From Eledone cirrhosa (Eukaryota): a DNA stretch of 64,000 nucleotides. Position numbers and translations under genes: made by a program. This document shows, piece by piece, positions 13,895 through 24,306 of this stretch. The stretch spans positions 51,026,001-51,090,000 of the forward strand of contig OZ024747.1 of NCBI GenBank assembly GCA_964016885.1. The letters run 5' to 3'. Under the pieces are notes generated by a model that saw nothing but the letters and a program-made list of their open reading frames with translations, was not told the origin of the DNA and did no database searches. Position 1 is the first letter of the stretch; each line of letters opens with the position of its first letter.

Positions 13895-14360
13895 CTTAGC
13901 TACGGCGCTTTACGTTCTGAGTTCGAATATTGTCGAAATCAACCTTGCCCTTCCTTCTTCCCGGGTCGATAATATAAAGTAGTGAGATCGATTTAATTGA
14001 TTCTTCTTTTTCAATTTCTTGTATTCTTTCTTAGTCTTTCCTATATATCATCTTGGTTGTCCTCATACTCTTTAGGTTCTGGGTTCAAATACCACCGATG
14101 TCAACTTTGTTTTTTATCTTCCCGGGGTCGATAAAATAAAGTAGCAGTTAAGAACTGAGGTCAGTATAATCAACTTTTATCTTCCCCCATATTGCTAGCT
14201 ATGTGCCTATGATAGACATAATTATTATTGGTAGAATCGGTAGATCGTCGGAGGAAATGCTTTCCTGTAATTTAGTTACAAACTTTTACGTTCTGATTCC
14301 AAACATCACGATATTCAACTTTACTTTAACATTTTACGAAATCGATAAAATGAAGTACCA
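13895..14360 (+). mobile_element. Three degenerate SINE-A-related copies
   Basis: Repeated gttctg(a/g)gttc..aaat...aacttt...gggtcgataaaataaagta motifs. Confidence 0.6.
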
Positions 14361-14384
14361 CACAAACACTGCGGAAAAGCCCGT

Positions 14385-14705
14385 CTTGGTCACAAATGAA
14401 TATAGGCTTTGCACATAGAAAGTTCCCCTCCGAGGCACAATGTCTAGGCAAGGTGTTTTGTGGAAGACCAGCAGTCGTCAATATATACCAGGCTCCCCTC
14501 TCTACACTACCGATGTTGTCTAAGGGAAAGGCAATGGCCAATATAGCTTGGCACCAGTGACGTCGCAATTCATTTCTAAAGCTGAGTGAACTGGAACAAC
14601 GTGAAATAAAGTATCTTACTGAAGTACGAACACACACCAATCCGGGAACCGAACTCAAAACCTGACGAATGTAAGTCCAACGCTCTAACCACAAAGCCAT
14701 GAAAC
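14385..14705 (-). mobile_element. tRNA-derived SINE, family B
   Basis: Minus strand TGGCTTTGTGGTTAGAGCG (A box), GAGTTCGGTTCCC (B box), CORE-like agtaagatactttatttcac, then body. Confidence 0.7.
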
Positions 14706-14880
14706 TTCACCAGTCAAGTATTGTAGTAGATATATTCACTCCGACTGTTCTTTCCCAACATGTGTGGCCTTTTCCATATGTGAAAAATTAACCTTATTTA
14801 TATCGATATCCACCGTCATACATTTGCATATATATATCTGTATACACTCCCTCATACATATACATACACATACATACATA

Positions 14881-15293
14881 CATACACACACATATACATA
14901 TAAATCGGTATATACAATCACATGTATACGAACATATACATACATACACACATATACATATATATCGGTATATACAATCACATGTATACGTACATATACA
15001 TACATACACACATATACATATATATCGGTATATACAATCACACGTATACGAACATATACATACATACACACATATACATATATATCGGTATATACAATCA
15101 CATGTATACGAACATATACATACATACACACATATACATATATATCGGTATATACAATTACACGTATACGTACATATACATACATACACACATATACATA
15201 TATATCGGTATATACAATCACATGTATACGAACATATACATACATACACACATATACATATATATCGGTATATACAATCACACGTATACGAAC
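14881..15293 (+). repeat. 60-bp minisatellite, ~7 copies
   Basis: Unit tacatacacacatatacatatatatcggtatatacaatcacatgtatacgaacatataca in exact 60-bp register. Confidence 0.95.
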
Positions 15294-15408
15294 ATGTTTG
15301 TGTACACAGCCTTACACGCATACATATTTATCTGTATACACACACTCTCACATATACATATATATCGAATATATCGTTACATACAATCATACCTACGCAT
15401 ACATATTT

Positions 15409-15466
<58 letters not shown>

Positions 15467-15599
15467 ACACACACACACACCTATACATAAGTATCTGTAC
15501 ACACATTCACACGTATACATACATATTGGTATATACACACACAAGCCATAACAAAGAACAACAGAATTCTGCAATAGAAGGGAGTATCCCTCGGGGGTA

Positions 15600-16100
15600 A
15601 TTTAGGAACCTTACAGATCTGAAATCCCGAAGAGCACACTGGGAAGGTGTCCCCCTCTTCTCTGAACTCTACAACTGACAGGCGCATGCTAAGAGTAGTC
15701 TCACTTACTCGGGCCATCCTCGCCTTCCCGACCTAAAGAAGATAGATTCGACCGATAGCCGGGTCCGTTCTACACGTGAAGAACAGTTTCTTTGCTGTGT
15801 GTGAATCTTGGATAGGTCCATCTAACAGCACTTCTGTGTCTGTAAGAGTTTGACCGGAAACTGCAGCGTCCATCGGTAACATTGTCAGGCCAGGGATTTC
15901 TATGGTGCACTGCATGAGGTGTAGACCATCGCGTATAGACCAGGTCAATATTGCACGCGTTTGTGCTACAGACTTTTGACAACAAGCACCAGCCTCGTTG
16001 CTAGCACCTTGGCCACAATCTTTAACTCTATGTTGAGAAGAGGTATGGGCCGGAAATTATCAATAAAATTCCTCTTGTCCTCGCCTATCTTAATCAGCGT
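15600..16100 (-). pseudogene. Decayed Tx1 ORF2 RT fragment
   Basis: DNFRPIPLLNIELKIVAKVLATRLVLVV...SIRDGLHLM aligns to intact ORF2 DNFRPITLLNTEFKILAKVLAKRLALVV...SIHDNLHLM. Confidence 0.8.
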
Positions 16101-16106
16101 TACTTC

Positions 16107-16396
16107 ATCACAACTTATAGATCCCTACATCCCGACTTATAGATCCCTACTACATCCCGACTTATAGATCCCTACATTCTGACTTATCGATCCCTACATC
16201 CCGACTTATAGATCCCTACATCACAACTTATAGATCCCTACATCACAACTTATAGATCCCTACATCACAACTTATAGATCTCTACATCACAACTTATAGA
16301 TCCCTACATCCAGACTTATCGAACCCTACATCACAACTTATAGATCCCTACATCACAAGTTATTAATACCTACATCCCGACTTATAGATCCCTACA
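16107..16396 (+). repeat. 22-bp minisatellite, ~13 copies
   Basis: Unit c(a/c)c(a/g)acttatagatccctacat. Confidence 0.95.
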
Positions 16397-16960
16397 CACT
16401 GATCCTGGACCAGTTTTCTCCTCGAGCAAGTTTCACCTCCAAGAATGTGTTGCTTCCTTTTAAAGCGAGACAGGCCAGCATCCACCAAATATTCACATCT
16501 GATGGGATCCTGAAGATGTTGAACCTTACCGTCCGTCTCCCTGAATATGATGGGTAGAGAACATTCTTGTGGCTCCGACGGGGAACACATATAGAGCACA
16601 GAAACGCATGCAAACTGCCTGGCCCTCAAGAATTGCTATATGTCCAGCATTATCTCATTCAGTGCTCTTTCTACGTCGGTATGAATCGCTGTCCCTGGTC
16701 AGTTTGTGTTTGTGGATACTATAGCTTTTTTTGTGTTACTGCCATGATGGTATGACTACGTCAGTCCATGATTATACTAGTTGGATCAGTTTGAGTGCTT
16801 GGGCCAAACCTGTGTCTTTTTCCAAAATGTTAATGTTCAATTGTTCTGTTCCTTTGGCAGCCGTTACTGTAAATGTATTGATTGTTGATGTTGTTGTGCT
16901 GCTGCACGCATTTTTTCCCATTGAGGGGCAAGTTTTGAAAAAAAACAAACGCATGTTTAG
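16397..16960 (-). pseudogene. Decayed Tx1 ORF1 fragment
   Basis: PSYSGRRTVRFNIFRIPSDVNIWWMLA aligns to ORF1 PSYCGQKIVRVKLTHVPPGMTPSWLAA. Confidence 0.6.
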
Positions 16961-17102
16961 AACCTAAGGGCTACAGGCTAACCAGCTTACACAGACACAG
17001 GTTAATTTAATTTAAAAAAACAATGACAAATGCCCTATATAAGACGTGTAACAATGGGAATAACATGAAACTTACGGGAGCGTTCTGTGACACGCGTCGA
17101 CA

Positions 17103-17886
17103 GACACAAGGCCAGCAATTATCCCAGTACATTTCTGGTGCTTTATTTTATCGATCCCATAAGGATGAAAGGCAAAGCTATCCTCGGCGGGATATGAAGT
17201 CAGAACGTAAAGGGCCGTAATTCTATGCGGTCAAGCATGCTATCCGACGCACTACTGATACTGCCATGCCAATAATAATGATAATAATTGTTTCTGCTTT
17301 TGGCACAACGCCAGCAAATACCCCAGTACATTACTGGTACTTTATTTTATCGATGCCGAAAGGATAAAAGGCAAAACTAACCTCGGCAGGATTTGAACTC
17401 AGAACGTAAAGGGCCATAACTCTATGCTGCAAAGCATGGTATCTAATGCTCTGCCGATACTGCCAATCCACCGCATGATAATAATAATAATAATTGTTTC
17501 TACTTTTGGCACAAGGCCAGCAATTACCCAGTGCATTACTGGTACTTTATTTTATCGACCCCGTAAGGATGAAAGGCAAAGTTAACCTCGGCGGATTTGA
17601 ACTCAGAATGACAAGGGCCGTAACTCTATGCGCCAAAGCATGGCGTCCGACCCTCTACCGATACTGCCAATCCACAATGATTTCTAATTTAGGCACAAGG
17701 CCAACATTTTGGGGAGAGGGGAAAGTCGATTAAATCGCCACCAGTGTATTACTGGTGCTTTTTGTATCGACCCTGTAAAGATGAAAGGCAAAGATAACCT
17801 CGGCGGGATTTGAATACAGAACGTAAAGGGCAATAATTCTATGCAGACAAGCATGTTGTCTGATGCTCTACTGATACTGCAAATCC
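17103..17886 (-). mobile_element. Tandem array of four SINE-A copies (17103-17266, 17284-17474, 17489-17674, 17677-17886)
   Basis: Each reverse-complements the 122-310 consensus; first three separated by (AAT)n, fourth abuts the third. Confidence 0.9.
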
Positions 17887-17909
17887 AACAACAACAATAA
17901 TAATAATAG

Positions 17910-19081
17910 TGGTTTACTTATTGGCCACAAGGGCTAACATGAAGAAAACATTACAGACGGCGCAGAACGGTACAGGACGATACAAAGTGGGTTTGGGCCG
18001 CGTAAAAAGGTTATAACAAGAAGATAGAAATGTGTAAAAACAAATCAAAGATATTCAAACAAAAATTCCCCCAAAAAGGGGAAATCTCCGATTATCACTC
18101 ATGGCGAAAACCATCCGGGGGGGGGGGGGGGGGAAGCGCCTCTCTCAGTTCTCCCACTCTTCAGACTACAGACGCATACTCAGAGCAGGCCCATTCACTC
18201 GGACCAGACTCGCCACTTTCACCCACCGTTCAACAAACTTACTAGAAGAGAGCATTGATTTTACTAGAAGACACCCTGATTTTCCTCTTCAAGTGAAATT
18301 TGAAAAAGTTAATCAGGGATTCGCTGAAGCGGAAAGTGTCTGACTAACACGGTTTCGATATTCGGGCCACACCTGCAAGAGAAATGGCCCCTTTTTCAGC
18401 AGCACCACTATTGCTGCCGCTACTGCTGCTACTGGTCTTGCTGGTGGTGCTGAGATCGCTGTTACTGGTATTGAGGTCATTGTTGTTGTTTTCGTTGGTA
18501 CTGTTGTTGCTGTTATTGTTGTCATTGTTGTTGTTTTCGTTGATACTGTTGTTGTTGTTATTGTTATTGTGACTGTTGTTATTATTGTTGTTTTTGTTGA
18601 TACTGTTCCTACTATTATTGTTGTTGTGGATGTTGTTATTGTTATTGTTATTGTCGTTCTCGACCTTACCGCTGATATTTTTGCTGTTGCTGTTGTTATT
18701 GATGGTGTTATTGTTGGTGTTATTGTTGTTTGTGTTAGTAATATTTGGTAATTTTAAATCTGTAACAATGTCATTAAAAATGATATTGTTCCTCTTTTCC
18801 TTCGTAATATTTTCTTTTATATTTACCTTCACTAGAACGCTGTCTTGTTGACATGTTGACAAAATCCCCCTCTCTCTGTGTTGTCTGACAGCGCTCTCTC
18901 TCATTCTCGTGTTATCCATAAAGGGGTGTCGTATTATTTACCAGTGAACTCCTGTATTAGGTGGGTCACTTCTTCTAAACTTTTATCAAGTTTAAAACTT
19001 GAATAAAAGGTTAAGAACGGTTGAAAACGAGGTAAACTGTTGAAAGAAACTGGAGCCGATAAGAAGCGTGGCTTCACCTTC
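17910..19081 (-). mobile_element. Internally deleted Tx1 derivative (5'UTR + ORF1 start fused to ORF2 end + 3'UTR)
   Basis: ORF1-like AISLAGVAR (cf. PISFAGIAK) joined near 18344 to SLINFFKFHLKRKIRV (ORF2 C-terminus); (AAT)n at both ends. Confidence 0.8.
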
Positions 19082-19096
19082 AATAATAATAATAAT

Positions 19097-20536
19097 GCTT
19101 TCTTTATTAACCACAAGGGTTGACACAAAGTATAACATTAAGGACAATACAGGATAATACAGGACGACAGAAATGGGCATTTCTTCGTGTAAAAAAAAAA
19201 AAAAATACAGAGGATGTAACAAAAAAAGAAAATGAAAAATTCCCCAATAGAGGGGAGACTTCCGAGGGACATTGGTGGAGAAAGCCCATTAAAAAAACCA
19301 CGGTGACCCTGACCACCAGGACAAGTGCCCTCTCCCAGTTTTCCACCTTCAATTTACAGGCGCATACTCAAAGTAGGCCCATTCACTCGGGCCATGCTTA
19401 CCTCTCTCACCCATCTTTCAACAAAATGATAGGAAGAGAGTACTTCCCTTTCTACCCTGATTTTCCTTTTCAAATAACATTTTAAAACGTTAATCAGGGC
19501 ATCACTGAAGAGGTAAGTGCTCGTCTTCAGCCCTTTCAAACGCGTCCATCATACTTTCTCTTTCGCCATGGCCACCAGACAGATAAAAACTGCCTGCCCT
19601 TCCCTACTAAAGGAAGAAGGTGGGGAAATGCTCACGATGGACTCAGCTGATAGCCGGATCCGTCCTACACGCGACAGCAGGTGTTCGACATAAACCCACA
19701 AGTCAACAATGCTCAGACACTGGACGAGTGCGTGCAGGACGTACGCGCATCTCGGACATGCCCGGCTGACGGCACTCCCATGCATGTAGAGTTTATCCCG
19801 GACTGGCAAAGCTCCTCGGTAGCATTGCCAGGCCAGGGATTTCTGGAAGTTGTCCATAGGCCTCGGCCAGAAAGTTCTCCTGAAGAGATTGGCTAGTTGA
19901 TTATCGTTGACGCCCAGAGTCTCCCAAGAACGTCTTCGCTCTTCCCCTCCACTAATCCTCTATAGAACGCCAGGGTGGAGTTTCCACCGATCGCATTGCC
20001 CGACTGGTCGAGGGCTGTAAGCGCCTGAAGACATTCCAGTCTCCAAGCGCTCCCTCTCGGTCTTCGCTTGACCCAGGACTGCAGCTCCGTCAAGGAGACG
20101 AGCTAGGGAAAGACGCATCTAGCAAACGGCGACCACACCTGATCACCGTCAAGGAAGAGGTGGAGATGTCGTAGTCTGAGCGCGTGTATGCGTATCATAA
20201 GCCACGGCAGATGGACCTCCTGACCATCGAAGAGCGTCCCTTCCACAAAAAGCGAAAGAGCAAACGCTTAGGACAAGGCACGACGGTCAGGTGGACGCGA
20301 TGTACGCATTCGCCATCTCCGCTCGACCTTTGAGGGATAGCTTCCTCTCTGCCAATTTCTGGGTGACAGAAGCCACCCTGCTCGTCACCTCATCCCAGTT
20401 TTTGTCTGTCTGGAAGTCCGGATCGAACAAGACCCCTAGCAATTTAACCGGGCCCTCCCTCCAGCGCCCGACGACGCTGTTGGACGGCATGGACCTGCCT
20501 CTCCATGTGTCCAGCTGCAGGGTCACCGAGCGCATG

Positions 20537-20537
<1 letters not shown>
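19097..20537 (-). mobile_element. 5'-truncated Tx1 copy, closely related to the full-length element
   Basis: Clear nucleotide match to 20590-22355 with small indels and a ~240-bp deletion; (AAT)n both sides. Confidence 0.92.
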
Positions 20538-20591
<54 letters not shown>

Positions 20592-20851
20592 TTTCTTTAT
20601 TAACCACAAGGGTTTACATAAAGTAGACATTAAGGACAGTGCAGGACAATGCAGGACGGTACAAATGGGCATTTCTGCGTGTAAAAAAACAAAAACAGAG
20701 GATGTAACAAAAATAACAATGAAAATAACAATGAAAAATTCCCCAATAGGGGGGAGACTTCGGAGGGACATTTGTGGAGAAAGCCCAGTAAAAAGCCACA
20801 ATGACCCTGACCACCAAGGCAAGTGCCCTCTCCCAGTTTTCCACCTTTAGT

Positions 20852-23800
20852 TTACAGATATATACTCAGAGTAGGCCCATTCACTCGGGCCATTCTTGCT
20901 TCTCTCACCCATCTTTCAACAAAATGCTGGGAAGAGAGCACTTCCTTCTCTACTCTGATTTTCCTTTTCAAATGAAATTTGAAAAAGTCAATCAGAGCAT
21001 CACCGAAGAGGTAAGTGCTCGTCTTCAGCCCTTTCAAACGTGTCCACCATACTATCTCTTTCGCCATGGCCACCAGACAGATAAAAACTGCCTGCCCTTC
21101 CCGGCTAAAGGAGGAGGGCGGGGCAATCCTCACGATAGACTCAGATGATAGCTGGATCCGTCCTAAACGCGACAGCAGGTGTTCGACATAAACCCACAAG
21201 TCAGCAATTTTCGGACACTGGACGAGTGCGTGCAGGACGGTTTCGTCGCCCTGCGCGCATCTCGGACATGCCCGGCTGACGGCACCTCCATGCCTGTAGA
21301 GTTTATCCCGAACTGGCAAGGCTCCTCGGTAGCACTGCCAGGCCAGAGATTTCTGGAAGTTGTCCATAGGCCCTGGCCCGAAAGTTCTTCCGAAGAGATT
21401 GGCTAGTTGATTTTCGTCGACGCCTAGAGTTTCCCCAAGTACGTCGTCGCTCTTCCCCTCCACTAATCCTCTATAGAACGCCGAGGTGGAGTTTCCACCG
21501 ATCACATTGCCCGATTGGTCGAGGGCTGTGAGCGCCTGAAGACATTCCAGTCTCCAGGCGCTCCCTCTCGGTCTTCGCTTGACCCAGGACTGCAGCTCCG
21601 TCAAGGAAACGAGCTGGGGAAAAACGCGTCTAGCAAACGGCGACCACACCTGATCACCGTCGAGGAAGAGGTGGAGATGTCGTAGCCTGAGCGCGTGCCT
21701 GCGCATCATCAGCCACGGCATGCCCAGCCCTCCACGTAGCGGGTGTTGACAACAGATGGACCGCCTGACTATCGGAGCACGTCCCTTCCACAAAAAGCGA
21801 AAGAGCAAACGCTCCAGCGCAGTCAGGCGAGGCTTAGGACAAGGTACGACGGTTAGGCGGTAGCAGATGACAGACGCGATGTACGCGTTAGCCACCTCCG
21901 CTCGACCTTTCAGGGATAGCTTCCTCTCCGCCCATTTCTGGGTGAGAGAAGCCACCCTGCTCGTCACCTCGTCCCAGTTTTTGTCCGTCTGGAGGTCCGG
22001 ACCGAACCAGACCCCTAGCAATTTAACCGGTCCGTCCGTCCAGCGCCCGACGACGCTGTTGGACGGCATGGACCTGCCTCTCCAGGTGCCGAGCTGCAGG
22101 CCCACTGACTTTTCCTGGTTGATCATTGCTCCTGTCACCGCTTCGTATTCTCTTAGTGTAGTGCCGATCGCCTCGATGTGTTTGGCGTTCGACACCACTA
22201 CGGTGACATCGTCCGCATATGCTGACACGGATCTTCCGCATCCTAGTTCGCGCGGGACTCCCCTCAACGTCTCCAGTTTGTGCAGTAATGGCTCGAGAGT
22301 CAATACGTACAAGAGGGACGAGAGGGGACATCCTTGGCGGACCGAGCGCATGATGTTGAACGGTTCCGACAGGTGACCGTTCACTCTCACTACAGAGCAG
22401 ATGTCGCTGTGCATGGCAGCGATCCAGCCTCTGAAGACGGGCCCAAAGCCAGCCGCCCTCAGGACTGCCGCTAGGTAACGATGGTCGACCCTATCGAAAG
22501 CTTTCGACTGATCTAAATTGATCAAGGACCCACCCGTGCCAGGTTCCCTAGCTACCCTCTCTACGATGTATCGCATGAGGTGGAGGTTGTCGTGGATGGA
22601 TCTGTCGGGAATGGCGCATGTCTGCGCCTCTCCCACCAGACCACCAACGACAAGCGCCAACCTCTTTGCTAGCACCTTGGCCAAAATCTTAAACTCTGTG
22701 TTTAGCAGAGTTATGGGCCGGAAATTGTCTATGTTATCCCCCTTGTTCGGATCCTTTCTCAGCAGTGCCACCGCTCCTCGGCTCACAGAACTGGGAATTC
22801 TCCCGTTCTGTTGCCAGTTGCAGTAGACGTCCGCCAAGAGGCCTCCGAACAAGTCTGGCATCTGTACGTAAAGTTCATAGGGCAGACCATCCAAACCAGG
22901 CGATTTACCCCTTGTGCAGCCAGTCATTGCCTCCCGTACTTCAGCGGCTGTTATCGGCTTTTCGCAACACTTCGCCTCAGTGGCCGAGAGCCGCGGCAGT
23001 CCGTCGAGGTAGACACTAAAGTCCATCCCTCTACCCGGCCCCCCGCTGCCCCCGAACAGCTGAGCGAAGTGTCGCTGAAAAGCTTCACACATTTGCCCGG
23101 GATCGAGTAGCATGCGCCCGTCGTGGTCCACCAAAGACCGGATCGTGGCTTTGTTGCCACGACGCGCCTCCGCCACTCGGGCCCATTGAACGGCTTTCGT
23201 CCCCTCGTGTCTGAGAGCACGCACCCTAGCTCTGACAACGCAGCCTTCGTGCTTTGCATTGAAGAATTGGTCAAGGGCCAATTTCGCCGCAAGCACGTCG
23301 GTCGCAATGCCTTTGCTAAGCGCCTCGTCTAATTTTCTAACTAGTTCTCCCTCTGCTCTATTTTTCTCTATTGCTAAAGCCTTACTAAACCTAATCGATT
23401 CTATTCTAATCGCTCTTTTCAGAGCAAACCACCACTTGTTGTTGACGATGGCCCCCGTCAACGCCCGCTTAACTAGTTCGCTAATCCGGTCTCTGTAGGC
23501 CTTGCGCGCTGGTAAGGACGCGTTTAGCTTCCAGTAGCCGGGTCCTCGTCTATGAAGCCTATCTAAGTCAAGCACACAGGTCACGAATTTGTGGTCCGTG
23601 TAGCTGACTATCTTGAATTGTGGACAGCCTATGCTAGACCTATCTATTTCCCTACAAAATACTCTATCTAGATATGATCTGGATGACCCAATGCGGTTTG
23701 TCCAAGTCCACATTCGCACATTCGGGAAATCCAATCGGTACCTGTCAGACAGTTCAAAACGCCTGAGCAGGTTGGTGAGGCTCTTGCACCCTCCACCCCT

Positions 23801-24271
23801 ATCCGCTAATCCCACACAGTCCCAGCGTGCATCTAAGATCCCGTTCCAGTCGCCCACTAACACTAAAGAGCGGGACGTTCCAAGAAAGGTCTCCAGACGC
23901 CGGAAGAAATCAGGCCGCCCTGCTCCTGTCGGGGCATAGACGGCCACTAGCCTGAAAGCTTGCCCGTCTCCGCTGGTCACGTCCAGCACCACCAGCTTAC
24001 CCTCTGGGTCCAGGAAGATGGCCCGTATGGCGAGATCCAAACCTCTCCGAAAAAGCACAGCAACTCCTCCACCCGATCCAGGACGGCTGGGAGATGCGTA
24101 CACATCGTAGCCGCCGAAGATCGGTGCGAAGGCCCGTGCTTCGGAGATTCTGGTCTCGCTGATGGCCACTACATCTATGTTTAGTGACCTGAGGTCGTTG
24201 AGCAGGTGACCCTGCTTCCATGACGACCCCAAGCCACGCGCATTTATGCTGCCTATTCTGAGTGAGGTCAT
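20852..24271 (-). CDS. Tx1 ORF2: APE endonuclease + reverse transcriptase + C-terminal CCHC zinc finger (1139 aa, intact)
   Basis: APE motifs SINARGL, ISET, VYAP, VGDWN, YLDRVF, TDHK; RT motifs KSPGLDG, FRPITLLN, LDQSKAFDRVDH, RQGCPLS, YADD; CPRC..ETVLHALVQC. Confidence 0.97.
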   Translation of the reverse strand: MTSLRIGSINARGLGSSWKQGHLLNDLRSLNIDVVAISETRISEARAFAPIFGGYDVYASPSRPGSGGGVAVLFRRGLDLAIRAIFLDPEGKLVVLDVTSGDGQAFRLVAVYAPTGAGRPDFFRRLETFLGTSRSLVLVGDWNGILDARWDCVGLADRGGGCKSLTNLLRRFELSDRYRLDFPNVRMWTWTNRIGSSRSYLDRVFCREIDRSSIGCPQFKIVSYTDHKFVTCVLDLDRLHRRGPGYWKLNASLPARKAYRDRISELVKRALTGAIVNNKWWFALKRAIRIESIRFSKALAIEKNRAEGELVRKLDEALSKGIATDVLAAKLALDQFFNAKHEGCVVRARVRALRHEGTKAVQWARVAEARRGNKATIRSLVDHDGRMLLDPGQMCEAFQRHFAQLFGGSGGPGRGMDFSVYLDGLPRLSATEAKCCEKPITAAEVREAMTGCTRGKSPGLDGLPYELYVQMPDLFGGLLADVYCNWQQNGRIPSSVSRGAVALLRKDPNKGDNIDNFRPITLLNTEFKILAKVLAKRLALVVGGLVGEAQTCAIPDRSIHDNLHLMRYIVERVAREPGTGGSLINLDQSKAFDRVDHRYLAAVLRAAGFGPVFRGWIAAMHSDICSVVRVNGHLSEPFNIMRSVRQGCPLSSLLYVLTLEPLLHKLETLRGVPRELGCGRSVSAYADDVTVVVSNAKHIEAIGTTLREYEAVTGAMINQEKSVGLQLGTWRGRSMPSNSVVGRWTDGPVKLLGVWFGPDLQTDKNWDEVTSRVASLTQKWAERKLSLKGRAEVANAYIASVICYRLTVVPCPKPRLTALERLLFRFLWKGRAPIVRRSICCQHPLRGGLGMPWLMMRRHALRLRHLHLFLDGDQVWSPFARRVFPQLVSLTELQSWVKRRPRGSAWRLECLQALTALDQSGNVIGGNSTSAFYRGLVEGKSDDVLGETLGVDENQLANLFGRTFGPGPMDNFQKSLAWQCYRGALPVRDKLYRHGGAVSRACPRCAQGDETVLHALVQCPKIADLWVYVEHLLSRLGRIQLSSESIVRIAPPSSFSREGQAVFICLVAMAKEIVWWTRLKGLKTSTYLFGDALIDFFKFHLKRKIRVEKEVLSSQHFVERWVREARMARVNGPTLSIYL

Positions 24272-24306
24272 GTTTAAAATAGAGTGGAAAAGATGGAAAA
24301 GACCAC

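Noticed and set aside
16107-16396. CRISPR-like appearance of 22-bp repeats (also the 60-bp array)
   Set aside because: Head-to-tail tandem units without unique spacers, eukaryotic context, no cas genes
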